Shown here in pieces: positions 1 to 9,866 of a DNA stretch of 64,000 bases (the stretch's first letter is position 1; the number at the start of each line of letters is the position of its first letter). Source of the stretch: an uncultured Veillonellaceae bacterium (lineage in GTDB: Bacteria > Bacillota > Negativicutes > UBA1444); assembly GCA_964521625.1 (NCBI GenBank), contig CAZFSM010000019.1, positions 4,546 through 68,545 of the forward strand, in the 5' to 3' direction. The position numbers and the translations under genes were made by a program. Under the pieces are notes generated by a model. That model was not told the origin of the DNA. It saw only the letters and a list, made by a program, of their open reading frames with translations, and made no database searches.

Positions 1-2
1 AT

Positions 3-908
3 ATGACCGGCATGGTCAATTCGCACGAGATGCTGATTATGCCGACAGCTGCCCTCACGCAGGAAGACAGGGAGTATGCGATTTCCTGCGCGCTGCCGGT
101 GGATGCGCCCGGCGTCTTTCATGTTTTTGGTCGTCAGACCAATGACGATCGGAAAATGGAAGGCGAAATCGACCAGGGAAACGCGCAGTACGGAATCGTT
201 GGCGGCGAGTGCCTGACGGTGCTGGATAATGTGTTTGTGCCCTGGGAACGGGTTTTCATGTGTGGCGAGACCGACTTTGCCGGTATGCTGGTTGAACGCT
301 TCGCCTGTTACCATCGCCAAAATTACGGCGGCTGCAAGGGTGGCGTATCAGACATCGTCATCGGAGCGGCGGCCACCATGGCCGACTACGGCGGCTATGG
401 CAAAGCGGCCCATGTCAAGGAAAAAATCAATGAAATGATTCATCTGACGGAAACCCTGTACGCCTGTTCGATCGCCTGTTCGGCGGAAGGGAGTCAGACG
501 GCGTCCGGCGCATACTATGTCGATCCGTTGCTGGCTAATGTTGGCAAGCATAATGTGACCCGGCTGATTTATGATATCGACCGCCTGGCGCAGGATATCG
601 GCGGCGGCTTGACGGCGACCCTGCCTTCGGAAGGCGACCTGCGTCACCCGGAAATCGGCCCGTACATCGAAAAATATTTTAAGGGCGTTGCTGGCGTGAG
701 TACCGAAAACCGGTTGCGTATGGCCCGGCTGATTGAAAATATGACCGGCGGCACGGCCCTGGTTGAAAGCATGCACGGCGCAGGCTCGCCACAAGCGCAG
801 AAGGTGATGTATGCGAAACTTGCCAATCTGGAACATAAGAAACGCTGCGCTAAGAAAATTGCCGGTTGCAAACCGGAAACGGAGACGTGCTTGAACGATA
901 AAGAATAA
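3..908 (+). CDS. C-terminal ~300 aa of a 4-hydroxybutyryl-CoA dehydratase / vinylacetyl-CoA isomerase family (HpaB-like) protein. The 5' end lies outside the window.
   Basis: Open frame from the window edge to the TAA at 906-908. The protein carries CYHRQNYGGCK and the HpaB_C-like C-terminal region typical of AbfD-family flavoproteins. Confidence 0.5.
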   Translation: MTGMVNSHEMLIMPTAALTQEDREYAISCALPVDAPGVFHVFGRQTNDDRKMEGEIDQGNAQYGIVGGECLTVLDNVFVPWERVFMCGETDFAGMLVERFACYHRQNYGGCKGGVSDIVIGAAATMADYGGYGKAAHVKEKINEMIHLTETLYACSIACSAEGSQTASGAYYVDPLLANVGKHNVTRLIYDIDRLAQDIGGGLTATLPSEGDLRHPEIGPYIEKYFKGVAGVSTENRLRMARLIENMTGGTALVESMHGAGSPQAQKVMYAKLANLEHKKRCAKKIAGCKPETETCLNDKE

Positions 909-956
909 ACAGAGCTTGCGAATATAGAACCGGGGTAAAAAAAAGGGGGGCTTTTT

Positions 957-2942
957 ATGTCTATTCGTAATCAGATTTTGTTGCCGATCATTTTGGTGGT
1001 CCTGTTGCTTGTCGGCGCAGCGGCAGGCGTCTCGATCTATCAATTTAGCGGCTATGTCAATGAAACTGGTCTACAGGCTACAGACGGTTCGCTGAAAGGA
1101 CTGGCCGCAGAAATCGAACGACGAAAGCAAGATGCCCTGACAACGGGAGCGTTGCTGGCTTCCTATCCGGGCTTTGCTGCCGCCGTTTTCGCGAATGACA
1201 CTGCGGCTGTTTTAAACATGATGACCCCGTTGGTAAAAGAAGCAAAGTTTGATTTTATGACAGTCACCAATGCCAGCGGCATCGTGGTCGCCCGCGTTCA
1301 TGAGCCGGCAAAAAGTGGTGACAGTGTCACAAACCAGGCCAATGTCGTTAGTGCGCTAAAAGGGACTGCCGCGGCCTTTGTCGAACCGGGTACGATCGTC
1401 AAATTATCGGCCCGAGCCGGTATTCCAATCAAAAATGCCGCCGGGGCAGTGGTTGGCGTAGCGTCAGTCGGTTATAACCTGGACCAGATGGAATTGGTAG
1501 ATCGGGTCAAAAAACTGTTTGGCGCCGATTTCACAGTATTTCTCGGTGATGAGCGGATTTCAACCACCATCGAACAGAATGGCAAACGAGCTGTCGGAAC
1601 CAAACTCGATCCGGCCATTGCTAAGATTTTGCTAACTGATGGAAAAGAATTTCACGGCAAAGCGACGATTTTGGCACAACCTTATCTAACTGCCTATATG
1701 CCGCTCGCCGGGCCCACTGGTAAACCGATCGGCGTATTATTTTCCGGTCAGTCGGTCAAAGTTGCCGAGGACGCAATTGCCCGCACTCAAATGCTGATTG
1801 GCGGCATCAGTCTGATTTTGCTTGTGATCAGTTTGTTCGTGATGTTTTACGTTGTCCGCCGGATTACGCTTCCCCTGGGAATCGCCGTCGATGACTTGGC
1901 GCAATTGGGGGCTGGCAACTTTACCGCGTCAGTACCGTCCGAACTGCTAGGGCGCAAGGATGAAATCGGCAAACTGGCCACGGCGATCAATGCCCTGACC
2001 CAGAGCATGCGCGGATTGTTGAAGCAGATTGCCCAATCGTCTGATCATGTTGCCTCTTCGGCGGAAGAATTGACCGCCAGTGCGCAACAATCAGCGGAAG
2101 CTGCCAATAATGTTGCCCAGTCGATTCAGCAAGTGGCGATGGGCAGTGAGAAACAGGTCGGTGCGGTGAACGAAACTTCGGCCATCGTGGAAGAAATATC
2201 GGCAACCATGGAAGAAGTAGCGGCAACTGCCGGCGAGATGGCGACGTTGTCGGAGCAGACAGCCACAGCAGCGCTGCAAGGGAAAACCTCCATCGACAAG
2301 GCCGTGACCCAGATGGGTGAAGTAAGCCACGGCTCCAGACAGGCGCAGGTCGCTGCGGAAGAATTGAAGGCGAGCTCGGCTCAGATCGGTGAAATCGTCA
2401 ATCTGATTTCGACGATCGCTGGACAGACAAACTTGTTGGCGCTAAACGCCGCTATTGAAGCAGCGCGGGCTGGGGAACAGGGACGCGGGTTTGCCGTAGT
2501 GGCGGAAGAAGTTCGTAAACTGGCTGAGCAGTCTGAACAAGCAGCTCACCAAATCAAAGGACTGGTCGACAAAAACCACGGCAGTATTGGCAATGTAGTC
2601 GGCGCCATTGATGTGGCGATCCGTGATATTTCGCAAGGGGTGGAATTGGTCAACGTGGCCGGCAATAATTTTGCCACGATCAATAGTCAGATCAACCAGG
2701 TTACCGAGCAGGTATCCGTCATTGCCAAAGCGGTGAATGAAGCTGCCACCGGCAGTCAGCGCATCGTTTCGTCGATTCGGGAAGTAGAGAATTTGAGTCG
2801 CGATGCGGCTGCCGAATCACAGAATGTATCGGCGGCAACCGAGCAGCAATCGGCGTCGATGGAAGAAATCGCCGCGTCAAGTCAGGCATTGGCCAGACTG
2901 GCGGAAGATCTGCAGCGGGCTGTCGCAAAGTTCAAGATTTAA
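957..2942 (+). CDS. Methyl-accepting chemotaxis protein with an extracytoplasmic dCache-type sensor, two TM segments, a HAMP domain and an MCP signalling domain
   Basis: ATG at 957 preceded by AAAAAGGGGGG. The N-terminal TM helix is followed by a ~270 aa periplasmic domain, a second TM, the HAMP stretch ([22 protein letters not shown]), the conserved MA region ([34 protein letters not shown]) and methylation heptads. Confidence 0.9.
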   Translation: MSIRNQILLPIILVVLLLVGAAAGVSIYQFSGYVNETGLQATDGSLKGLAAEIERRKQDALTTGALLASYPGFAAAVFANDTAAVLNMMTPLVKEAKFDFMTVTNASGIVVARVHEPAKSGDSVTNQANVVSALKGTAAAFVEPGTIVKLSARAGIPIKNAAGAVVGVASVGYNLDQMELVDRVKKLFGADFTVFLGDERISTTIEQNGKRAVGTKLDPAIAKILLTDGKEFHGKATILAQPYLTAYMPLAGPTGKPIGVLFSGQSVKVAEDAIARTQMLIGGISLILLVISLFVMFYVVRRITLPLGIAVDDLAQLGAGNFTASVPSELLGRKDEIGKLATAINALTQSMRGLLKQIAQSSDHVASSAEELTASAQQSAEAANNVAQSIQQVAMGSEKQVGAVNETSAIVEEISATMEEVAATAGEMATLSEQTATAALQGKTSIDKAVTQMGEVSHGSRQAQVAAEELKASSAQIGEIVNLISTIAGQTNLLALNAAIEAARAGEQGRGFAVVAEEVRKLAEQSEQAAHQIKGLVDKNHGSIGNVVGAIDVAIRDISQGVELVNVAGNNFATINSQINQVTEQVSVIAKAVNEAATGSQRIVSSIREVENLSRDAAAESQNVSAATEQQSASMEEIAASSQALARLAEDLQRAVAKFKI

Positions 2943-2982
2943 GCCTTATGCAGGGAAGCGCCGATCGAGAGGGCGTGGCAGC

Positions 2983-5454
2983 ATGACTCGTCATATTCGG
3001 AACCCAATCATTATAGGCGGGGTGGTTTTGCTTTGTTTCATCTGGGCAGGCTTGTATTTCTATGTCCAAAGCGAACGGCGGCAGGCGCTGGACTACGCCG
3101 TTCAACAAGCAACCGGCTATTCCCGTGCGTTTGAAGAACATATCGTGAGCACAATTCGCGGCATGGATCAGATCGTCCTGTTTCTGAAATATCAGGTGGA
3201 AAAAGACGGCTGGAATCTCGATGTGCCGCAATTGGTTGCCGAAAAGAGATTTGAAGGGCAGCCGTTTGTCCAGTTGGGTGTTGCAAATGCCAACGGCGAT
3301 GTCGTTGCCAATAATATCGTGCCGTTTGTGAAGGCTAACGTTAGGGACCGAGATCATTTTTTGGCGCATCAGGCGGTTGATACAAAGAAGCTATTTATCA
3401 GCAGACCGGTAGTGGCGCGCGTGTCAGGAAAATGGTCGATACAGCTGAGCCGGCGAATCAACAACCCGGATGGCTCTTTTGGCGGCATTGCGTTAAGCTC
3501 GATCGACCCATACTACTTGGCGGATTTTTATAAACTGGTGAATTTGGGTAAACAATCCTCGATTTCCCTGATTGGTCGCGATGGGTTTATACGGGTTTGG
3601 CAAGTCGACACTACACTTGGCGTCGGTGAAGATTTGCGGCGGAACCCGTTGATGGAAATCGTGGCCGCTGGCGGTTCGGGCACGTATACCATGCAAAGTC
3701 CGCTGGACGGGGTCAAACGGATTTACTGTTATCGCGAATTGCCGGAGTATCCACTGCTGGTCGCAGTGGGGGTGTCGGAAGAACAAGTTTTTCGTGAGTT
3801 GAACCAACGTCTGGTTGCCTATTATTGGTTTGCCGGTGCGATGAGCGTAGTTGTTTGCTTGTTTGTCGGCGTAGCGCTGTTGATTATTTCCCGCCGCCGG
3901 CAAAGTGAGGTTCAGATTGTCCTGCGTGAAATTGCCGAGGTCGCGGTTGATTCGCCTGCGTTGGATGAATTGTACGCGAAAATTCACCAGTCGGTCGGCC
4001 GTGTGCTGCCATCGCGAAATTTTTTCGTGGCGTTGTTGGAGCCGGAAACGCAGGAAATTGTTGTGGTATATTGTGTGGACGAAACCAATTCCATCCCGCG
4101 GCGGAGACCTTTAGCGAAAGGATTTACCGAGTATATTCTGCGGCAACAACAGGCAGTTTTTCTAACGACTCGAGGCTATGAAGCGTTGAATGAAAGTGGC
4201 GAGATTGACGTTCGATTCATGCCGGTCAGTGAATGTCTGGGGGCGCCGCTGCGTTCCTCCAGCGGCGAGATATTCGGCGTGATTGTCATTTTTTCCATTA
4301 ATGTTACAGGTATGGATAAAAGAGAAGACACCGCCTTGATGGCGACGATCGCCGCACAGGTCTCGTTGGCGATCGAGCGGAAACGGACTGAACAGGAACT
4401 GCGATTCAGCCAGGTTCGTTACCGGACAATCATGGAGCAGTCATTCGAAGCCCTGGCGGTGATCGATATCCATACCCAGGAAGTGGTGGAGGTCAATCAG
4501 CGGTTTACCGAACTGTTCGGATATTCGTTGCCGCAGGATACACCTCTCTATGTCAGTCGATTTGTCGTCGATTCACAAAGTAATCTGGACCGGTATTATA
4601 ACAAAACCATCCGGCAGCAGAACGTTTTACCGGCGGAGGTGAGGAATTTCCGCCATAAAAACGGGCTGGATGTATTTGTCGAAAGGGCCGGTACTTTGCT
4701 CCACATTGAAGGCAGAGAAATATATGTGGCCAGCATGCGTGATATTACTGCCGAACATTACCGGCAAGCAGCCTTGGCGCGGGATATCGAGGTGGCCAGC
4801 CGATTGCAGCTGGGACTGTTGCCCGACCTGCCGGAATCGCCGTTGGTCCGCATTCAGACGATTTACCGTCCGCTGCGTTTTGTCAGTGGCGACTCGTATC
4901 ATCTGGAATGGTCTAATAGCGGGAAACTGTTGCGCGGTTTTTTGCTTGATGTTTCTGGCCATGGCCTGGCGACAGCGATTCAGACGTCAGCGATCAATGT
5001 GCTGCTGCGAGAGGCGTCGAAGTCAAACTTGCCGCTATTGGGCCAGCTGCGACGTATCAACACGCGATCAGAAAAGTACTTCACCGAGGACACTTATGTG
5101 GCCATGTTGGGATTTGAACTTGATTTATCAGCAAAAGAACTGCGCTATGTCGGCGCCGGAATCACCCAGTTTTATGCCAACGACAAAAAAATCGAAACTC
5201 CGGGCATGTTTGTCGGCATGTGGCGGGATGTCGATTTCACGATGAATGTGTTGCCGATAGAAACCGGCGATAGCTTTTTCTTCCTGACCGATGGATTTAC
5301 GGACGTCATGGTGCGAGCGGATAATGACAGGTTATGGCCAATAGGCGGAGCTGATTTCGACGCAAGCCTGACCGCATTGCAGCGACTGGCTGATGAGGGT
5401 GCGCTGCGTGATGACGCGACGGCGATATGCCTGCACATCAACAAAATGGGGTAA
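2983..5454 (+). CDS. Membrane sensor protein serine phosphatase with a Cache-like extracytoplasmic domain, GAF, PAS and a C-terminal PP2C/SpoIIE-type phosphatase (RsbU-like)
   Basis: ATG at 2983 with RBS GAGAGGG; the ORF-track start at 2803 overlaps the MCP and is an overextension. There are TM helices at the N-terminus and around residue 290. The PP2C motifs are LRFVSGDSYHL and LLDVSGHGLATA. Confidence 0.8.
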   Translation: MTRHIRNPIIIGGVVLLCFIWAGLYFYVQSERRQALDYAVQQATGYSRAFEEHIVSTIRGMDQIVLFLKYQVEKDGWNLDVPQLVAEKRFEGQPFVQLGVANANGDVVANNIVPFVKANVRDRDHFLAHQAVDTKKLFISRPVVARVSGKWSIQLSRRINNPDGSFGGIALSSIDPYYLADFYKLVNLGKQSSISLIGRDGFIRVWQVDTTLGVGEDLRRNPLMEIVAAGGSGTYTMQSPLDGVKRIYCYRELPEYPLLVAVGVSEEQVFRELNQRLVAYYWFAGAMSVVVCLFVGVALLIISRRRQSEVQIVLREIAEVAVDSPALDELYAKIHQSVGRVLPSRNFFVALLEPETQEIVVVYCVDETNSIPRRRPLAKGFTEYILRQQQAVFLTTRGYEALNESGEIDVRFMPVSECLGAPLRSSSGEIFGVIVIFSINVTGMDKREDTALMATIAAQVSLAIERKRTEQELRFSQVRYRTIMEQSFEALAVIDIHTQEVVEVNQRFTELFGYSLPQDTPLYVSRFVVDSQSNLDRYYNKTIRQQNVLPAEVRNFRHKNGLDVFVERAGTLLHIEGREIYVASMRDITAEHYRQAALARDIEVASRLQLGLLPDLPESPLVRIQTIYRPLRFVSGDSYHLEWSNSGKLLRGFLLDVSGHGLATAIQTSAINVLLREASKSNLPLLGQLRRINTRSEKYFTEDTYVAMLGFELDLSAKELRYVGAGITQFYANDKKIETPGMFVGMWRDVDFTMNVLPIETGDSFFFLTDGFTDVMVRADNDRLWPIGGADFDASLTALQRLADEGALRDDATAICLHINKMG

Positions 5455-5592
5455 GCCGGTTGAATTTGCTTTGCAGGAGGCCCGATGTGCTCGATGCGAA
5501 GTGCGAAAAAGAAGGATTATCGCAATCAGGCTGGAAATTAAACACTATCAATTCTTCACTGCCGCGAGGCAAATTCGAAAGGGGACCCTGTC

Positions 5593-6525
5593 ATGGAGAA
5601 CAATTGCAGTAATCCCGAACAATTGCTTGTAGAGTATCACTACCGTTATTTTAAACATTTTGTAATTGTTTGTGACTCCCAGCTTCGCGTGACCTGGTGC
5701 AACAACGAATTTTTGCGCGTGGGCAATTTTGATAAGATGCCGATTGGTGTTGACATCAATGAGTTTTTATCGAGTGAAGGTCAGCTCAGTCTGCGCGAAA
5801 TGGACGACAGCCCGGACCGCAATCTGGTGTTGGGCTTTTCGTTTAAGGGAAACACCTCGTCGCATAATTGTATTGTGCTGAAACGCCAGGACCAGCTGAT
5901 GATCGTGGCGCAGGATACTGTGCAACCGGACCTGGGCACGATGGCGGATATGGGGAAAATCAACAATGAAATGGCGACGCTGACCAGAGAACTTAGTGAA
6001 AAGAAAACTGCGCTGGAGAATGCCTATGCCAAGATAAGTGAACTGATTTCTACAGATTACCTGACAGGACTGGCATCGCGCAAATACATTCATGAGTCGT
6101 TTATCAAGGCCGCCAGCTTTGCCAAACGTACGGCAACACCACTCACCATCATCATGGCCGATTTGGATTTTTTTAAACAGGTGAATGATACGTTCGGCCA
6201 TCTCGCAGGCGATAAAGTGCTGATGGCAGTTGCCAGACTGATTCGTAAGATTGCCCGTAATGAGGATTTGGCCGGACGGTTTGGCGGCGAGGAATTTATT
6301 ATGATTCTGGTCGGTACCGACCAGGCAGGCGGAAAAATATTTGCTGAGCGCTTGCGGCAAAAAACCGAGCAAATGAAAGTGCCGGGCGTGACAACGAAAA
6401 TTACCATGAGCCTTGGCGTTACCGAGTTCTTGCCTGATGATACGCCCGACACGGCGATCAAGCGGGCGGATGAAGCGATGTATATGGCAAAGCGCGCCGG
6501 GCGCAACCAGGTAATTGTGATATAA
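5593..6525 (+). CDS. Diguanylate cyclase with an N-terminal PAS-like region, a coiled coil and a GGDEF domain
   Basis: Conserved GGDEF-domain block: IIMADLDFFKQVNDTFGHLAGDKVL...RFGGEEFIMIL...DEAMYMAKRAGRNQ. RBS AAAGGGGA lies upstream. Confidence 0.85.
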   Translation: MENNCSNPEQLLVEYHYRYFKHFVIVCDSQLRVTWCNNEFLRVGNFDKMPIGVDINEFLSSEGQLSLREMDDSPDRNLVLGFSFKGNTSSHNCIVLKRQDQLMIVAQDTVQPDLGTMADMGKINNEMATLTRELSEKKTALENAYAKISELISTDYLTGLASRKYIHESFIKAASFAKRTATPLTIIMADLDFFKQVNDTFGHLAGDKVLMAVARLIRKIARNEDLAGRFGGEEFIMILVGTDQAGGKIFAERLRQKTEQMKVPGVTTKITMSLGVTEFLPDDTPDTAIKRADEAMYMAKRAGRNQVIVI

Positions 6526-6566
6526 GCGCTTGATTTTTTTTGCCGATTTGGTTATGATAATTGCAG

Positions 6567-6813
6567 TCACGGTGATGCGGGAAACAGTAACCTGAACCGA
6601 TCCCTAAGGATCGTCAGCGAGCCGGAGAGGGTGGAAGCCCGGCAGATCAGGTGAACGGCATTCCCAAACCACGGGAGGAAACATCCGCTTGCGCGGATCG
6701 AGTAAAACCCGTAATAAAAACAAGGTGGACCCGACAAGGGTCAAGCAGGGTGGAACCGCGGGCAAGTAAACCCGTCCCTGCAACGATTTCGTTGCAGAGA
6801 CGGGTATTTTTAT
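6567..6813 (+). promoter_or_regulatory. T-box leader (tRNA-Gly responsive) for glyQS. The promoter TTGATT...TATGATAAT lies just upstream at about 6530-6566.
   Basis: Conserved T-box motif AGGGTGGAACCGCGG at 6747-6761. GGC in the candidate specifier position (GAACGGCATT, about 6664-6673). An intrinsic terminator hairpin CCCGTCCCTGCAACG...CGTTGCAGAGACGGG at 6771-6804 is followed by TATTTTTAT. The leader sits immediately 5' of the glycyl-tRNA synthetase genes, the canonical Firmicutes arrangement. Confidence 0.8.
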
Positions 6814-6845
6814 CTGCATTTTTAGCATGAAGGGGGAAAATCAGC

Positions 6846-7721
6846 ATGACATTTCAGGAAATTATTCTTACGCTGCAGAAGTTCTGGGCAAACCAGAATT
6901 GCTTGATTCAGCAGCCTTACGACGTGGAGAAAGGCGCAGGCACGATGAATCCGGCGACCTTTTTACGCGCATTGGGCCCGGAACCATGGAACGTGGCCTA
7001 TGTCGAACCGTCGCGCCGTCCCAACGACGGTCGTTACGGCGACAATCCCAATCGTTTGTTCCAACATCATCAATACCAGGTGATCATGAAGCCGTCACCG
7101 CTGAACATCCAGGAACTGTATCTGGAAAGTCTGGCCCAACTAGGTATTAAAGCAGCTGAGCATGATATCCGGTTTGTTGAGGACAACTGGGAGTCGCCAA
7201 CCCTCGGCGCCTGGGGTCTCGGCTGGGAAGTCTGGCTGGACGGCATGGAAATCACCCAGTTTACCTATTTCCAACAAGTCGGCAGTATCGACGTGAAACC
7301 GGTTTCGGTGGAGATCACCTACGGTCTGGAACGGCTGTCGATGTACATCCAGGGCAAGGAAAATGTATTTGATATCGAGTGGGTTGATGGCATAACCTAT
7401 GGCGATGTATTCCACCGCAATGAAGTGGAGCATTCGCACTACAACTTTGAAATTGCCGATACCGATATGTTATTCCGCCTGTTTGACATGTACGAAAAGG
7501 AAGCGACCCGCGTTGTAGATATGGGCTATGTACTGCCAGCCTATGACTATGTGCTGAAATGCTCGCATTCCTTCAACCTGCTGAATTCGCGCGGCGCGAT
7601 CAGCGTTAGCGAGCGGACGGCGTTTATCGGTCGGGTGCGAAATCTGGCCCGGCTCTGTGCGCAGGGATATCTGGATCAGCGCGAAAAACTAGGATTTCCG
7701 CTGCTGAAGGGGGCGAAATAA
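6846..7721 (+). CDS. glyQ: Glycine--tRNA ligase alpha subunit
   Basis: Highly conserved GlyQ sequence: [19 protein letters not shown]...[19 protein letters not shown]. Confidence 0.97.
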   Translation: MTFQEIILTLQKFWANQNCLIQQPYDVEKGAGTMNPATFLRALGPEPWNVAYVEPSRRPNDGRYGDNPNRLFQHHQYQVIMKPSPLNIQELYLESLAQLGIKAAEHDIRFVEDNWESPTLGAWGLGWEVWLDGMEITQFTYFQQVGSIDVKPVSVEITYGLERLSMYIQGKENVFDIEWVDGITYGDVFHRNEVEHSHYNFEIADTDMLFRLFDMYEKEATRVVDMGYVLPAYDYVLKCSHSFNLLNSRGAISVSERTAFIGRVRNLARLCAQGYLDQREKLGFPLLKGAK

Positions 7722-7722
7722 A

Positions 7723-9810
7723 ATGGCGAAAGATTTATTGTTTGAGATTGGCACCGAAGAGATTCCGGCCCGATTTATGCCGGGTGCGTTGGCTCAGCTG
7801 GCGGAAAATGCCGCCAAGTCTTTGAATGAAGCTCGTATTACTTATTCAGAATTAAAAACCTACGGTACGCCTCGCCGCCTGGCGCTGATTGTTATGTCGG
7901 TTGCCCAAATGCAGGCAGATCAGGTGACTCGCAAAAAAGGACCGTCAGCCAAGGTCGCTTTTGATGCAGCCGGTCAGCCATCGAAAGCCCTGGAAGGGTT
8001 TGCCCGCAGCTCTGGTGTCACGGTTGCTGATCTGGTCAATGAAGAGGGCTACATGTATGCTGTTTTGCAGGAAACTGGCAAGCCGGTGGCTGATTTGTTG
8101 CCCGGGTTATTGCTGCAGTTGGTGGAAACGCAAAATTTCCCCAAGAATATGCGCTGGGGCGATCTGGACTTTAAATTTGTCCGGCCGATTCACTGGCTGG
8201 TCGCCTTGTACGGGCAGGAAATCGTGCCGATTTCTGTCGCAGGCATCAATGCCGGCAACACAAGCAAAGGGCATCGAATACTCGGTTCCGATCGGATTGA
8301 AATTGCCAGCGCCACAGAGTACCCGGATAAAATGAAGCAGAATTTTGTGATTGTGGACCAGGAAGAACGCCGCGAACTGATTCGCCGGCAGGTGGAAGCG
8401 ATTGCACTGGAACAGGGCGGCACGGCGACGATTGATGACGAACTGCTGGAAGAAGTGCTGTATCTGGTGGAATACCCGACTGCCTTGTGCGGCAGTTTCG
8501 ACGAAAAGTATCTTGAATTGCCGTCCGAAGCGATCATCACACCGATGCGCGAACACCAGCGATATTTCCCCGTTTTCAGCAAGGATGGCCGCTTGCAGCC
8601 GGTGTTTATCACAGTGCGTAACGGCGGAAGCGACCACATCGACAATGTACGTCATGGCAACGAACGGGTGCTGCGGGCCCGGCTGGCCGATGCCCGATTC
8701 TTTTTTGAAGAAGACCGCAAACAGCCGCTGATTGACCGGGTCGATAAACTGAAAACCATCGTGTTTCAGGAAGGCCTCGGCACGATGTACGACAAAGTGC
8801 AGCGACTACGCAAACTATCGGTGCTGATTGGCACGATGATGGGACTGGATGCTGCGCGGCTGGCGGAAGTCGACCGGGCGGCAGAACTAGCAAAGGCGGA
8901 CCTGGTCACCGGTATGGTCTGCGAATTTACCGAGCTGCAAGGCGTAATGGGCCGTGAATATGCCAAACTGTCCGGCGAACCCGACGCAGTGGCGGATGCA
9001 GTCTTCGAACATTATCTGCCGCGGTTTGCCGGCGATAATCTGCCGCAGACTCCGGCAGGCCGCGCGGTAGCGATTGCCGACAAGATCGACAATATCGTGA
9101 CCACATTCAGTCGCGGCAAAATCCCGACGGGATCGCAGGACCCCTATGCGTTGCGACGCCAGGCGCTCGGAGTCGTAAACATTCAAATCGATGGCAAATT
9201 GTCGCTGTCGACGGTCGATATCGTTTTGGCGGCGCTGGATCTCATTGGAATCCAGGACGAGGAAAAACGGGTACACATCGTCACGGCGATGAATGAATTC
9301 TTCAAGCAACGGCTGAACGTGAAAAATGTGCTCGGCGATGCGGGGGTTCGTCACGATGTGATTGAAGCCGTATTAAGCGCCGGCAATAACAATGTATACC
9401 AGGTTTGGCTGCGTGCTAACGCAATCATGACGCCAGAGGGCATGTCGGCAATGGAAAAAGCGGTGGAAGGCTTTACGCGGGCGGCAAATCTGGCGAACAA
9501 AAGCGAAAAACAGGATGCGGACCAGATCTACGAGAACCTGTTTGAAGTAGCGGAAGAGAAAGCGCTCTACGCAGCCTATCAAAGCGCCAGAAAACGTATC
9601 GACGACCTGACAGGCAAGCACGACTATGTCGGCGCTTTGCAAGTGGTTGCGGAAATTTCCGCTCCTGTTGATGCGTTCTTCGCAGCAGTCATGGTCATGG
9701 TCGACGATCTGCAAGTCCGCAATAACCGCCTGGCCTTGTTGCGGGCGATTACCGGCCTTACGGCGGGGATCGTTGATTTGAGCAAGATCGTACCGGCGGC
9801 GAAAGCGTAA
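7723..9810 (+). CDS. glyS: Glycine--tRNA ligase beta subunit
   Basis: Starts 2 nt after the glyQ stop. A 695-aa protein with GlyS hallmarks (EIGTEEIPARF, ELQGVMGREYA). Confidence 0.95.
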   Translation: MAKDLLFEIGTEEIPARFMPGALAQLAENAAKSLNEARITYSELKTYGTPRRLALIVMSVAQMQADQVTRKKGPSAKVAFDAAGQPSKALEGFARSSGVTVADLVNEEGYMYAVLQETGKPVADLLPGLLLQLVETQNFPKNMRWGDLDFKFVRPIHWLVALYGQEIVPISVAGINAGNTSKGHRILGSDRIEIASATEYPDKMKQNFVIVDQEERRELIRRQVEAIALEQGGTATIDDELLEEVLYLVEYPTALCGSFDEKYLELPSEAIITPMREHQRYFPVFSKDGRLQPVFITVRNGGSDHIDNVRHGNERVLRARLADARFFFEEDRKQPLIDRVDKLKTIVFQEGLGTMYDKVQRLRKLSVLIGTMMGLDAARLAEVDRAAELAKADLVTGMVCEFTELQGVMGREYAKLSGEPDAVADAVFEHYLPRFAGDNLPQTPAGRAVAIADKIDNIVTTFSRGKIPTGSQDPYALRRQALGVVNIQIDGKLSLSTVDIVLAALDLIGIQDEEKRVHIVTAMNEFFKQRLNVKNVLGDAGVRHDVIEAVLSAGNNNVYQVWLRANAIMTPEGMSAMEKAVEGFTRAANLANKSEKQDADQIYENLFEVAEEKALYAAYQSARKRIDDLTGKHDYVGALQVVAEISAPVDAFFAAVMVMVDDLQVRNNRLALLRAITGLTAGIVDLSKIVPAAKA

Positions 9811-9866
9811 GGCGATCAAACGCCCCCGGCTTTCCATGGAAGGATATATCTTTGAGCAGCTCCTCT

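Noticed and set aside
348-1043. A 231-aa minus-strand ORF overlapping the 3' end of the AbfD-like gene and the MCP start
   Set aside because: It is entirely antisense to two well-supported genes. The sequence is low-complexity and Arg/Gln-rich, typical of a GC-frame artefact, and it has no RBS.
2803-2982. ORF-track extension of the phosphatase gene upstream to 2803
   Set aside because: It overlaps the MCP gene by 140 nt in another frame. An internal ATG at 2983 with RBS GAGAGGG sits right after the MCP stop and gives a sensible N-terminal TM helix.
4670-5245. A 191-aa alternative-frame ORF within the PP2C phosphatase gene
   Set aside because: It is Cys/Arg/Trp-rich junk overlapping conserved PP2C motifs in the real frame.
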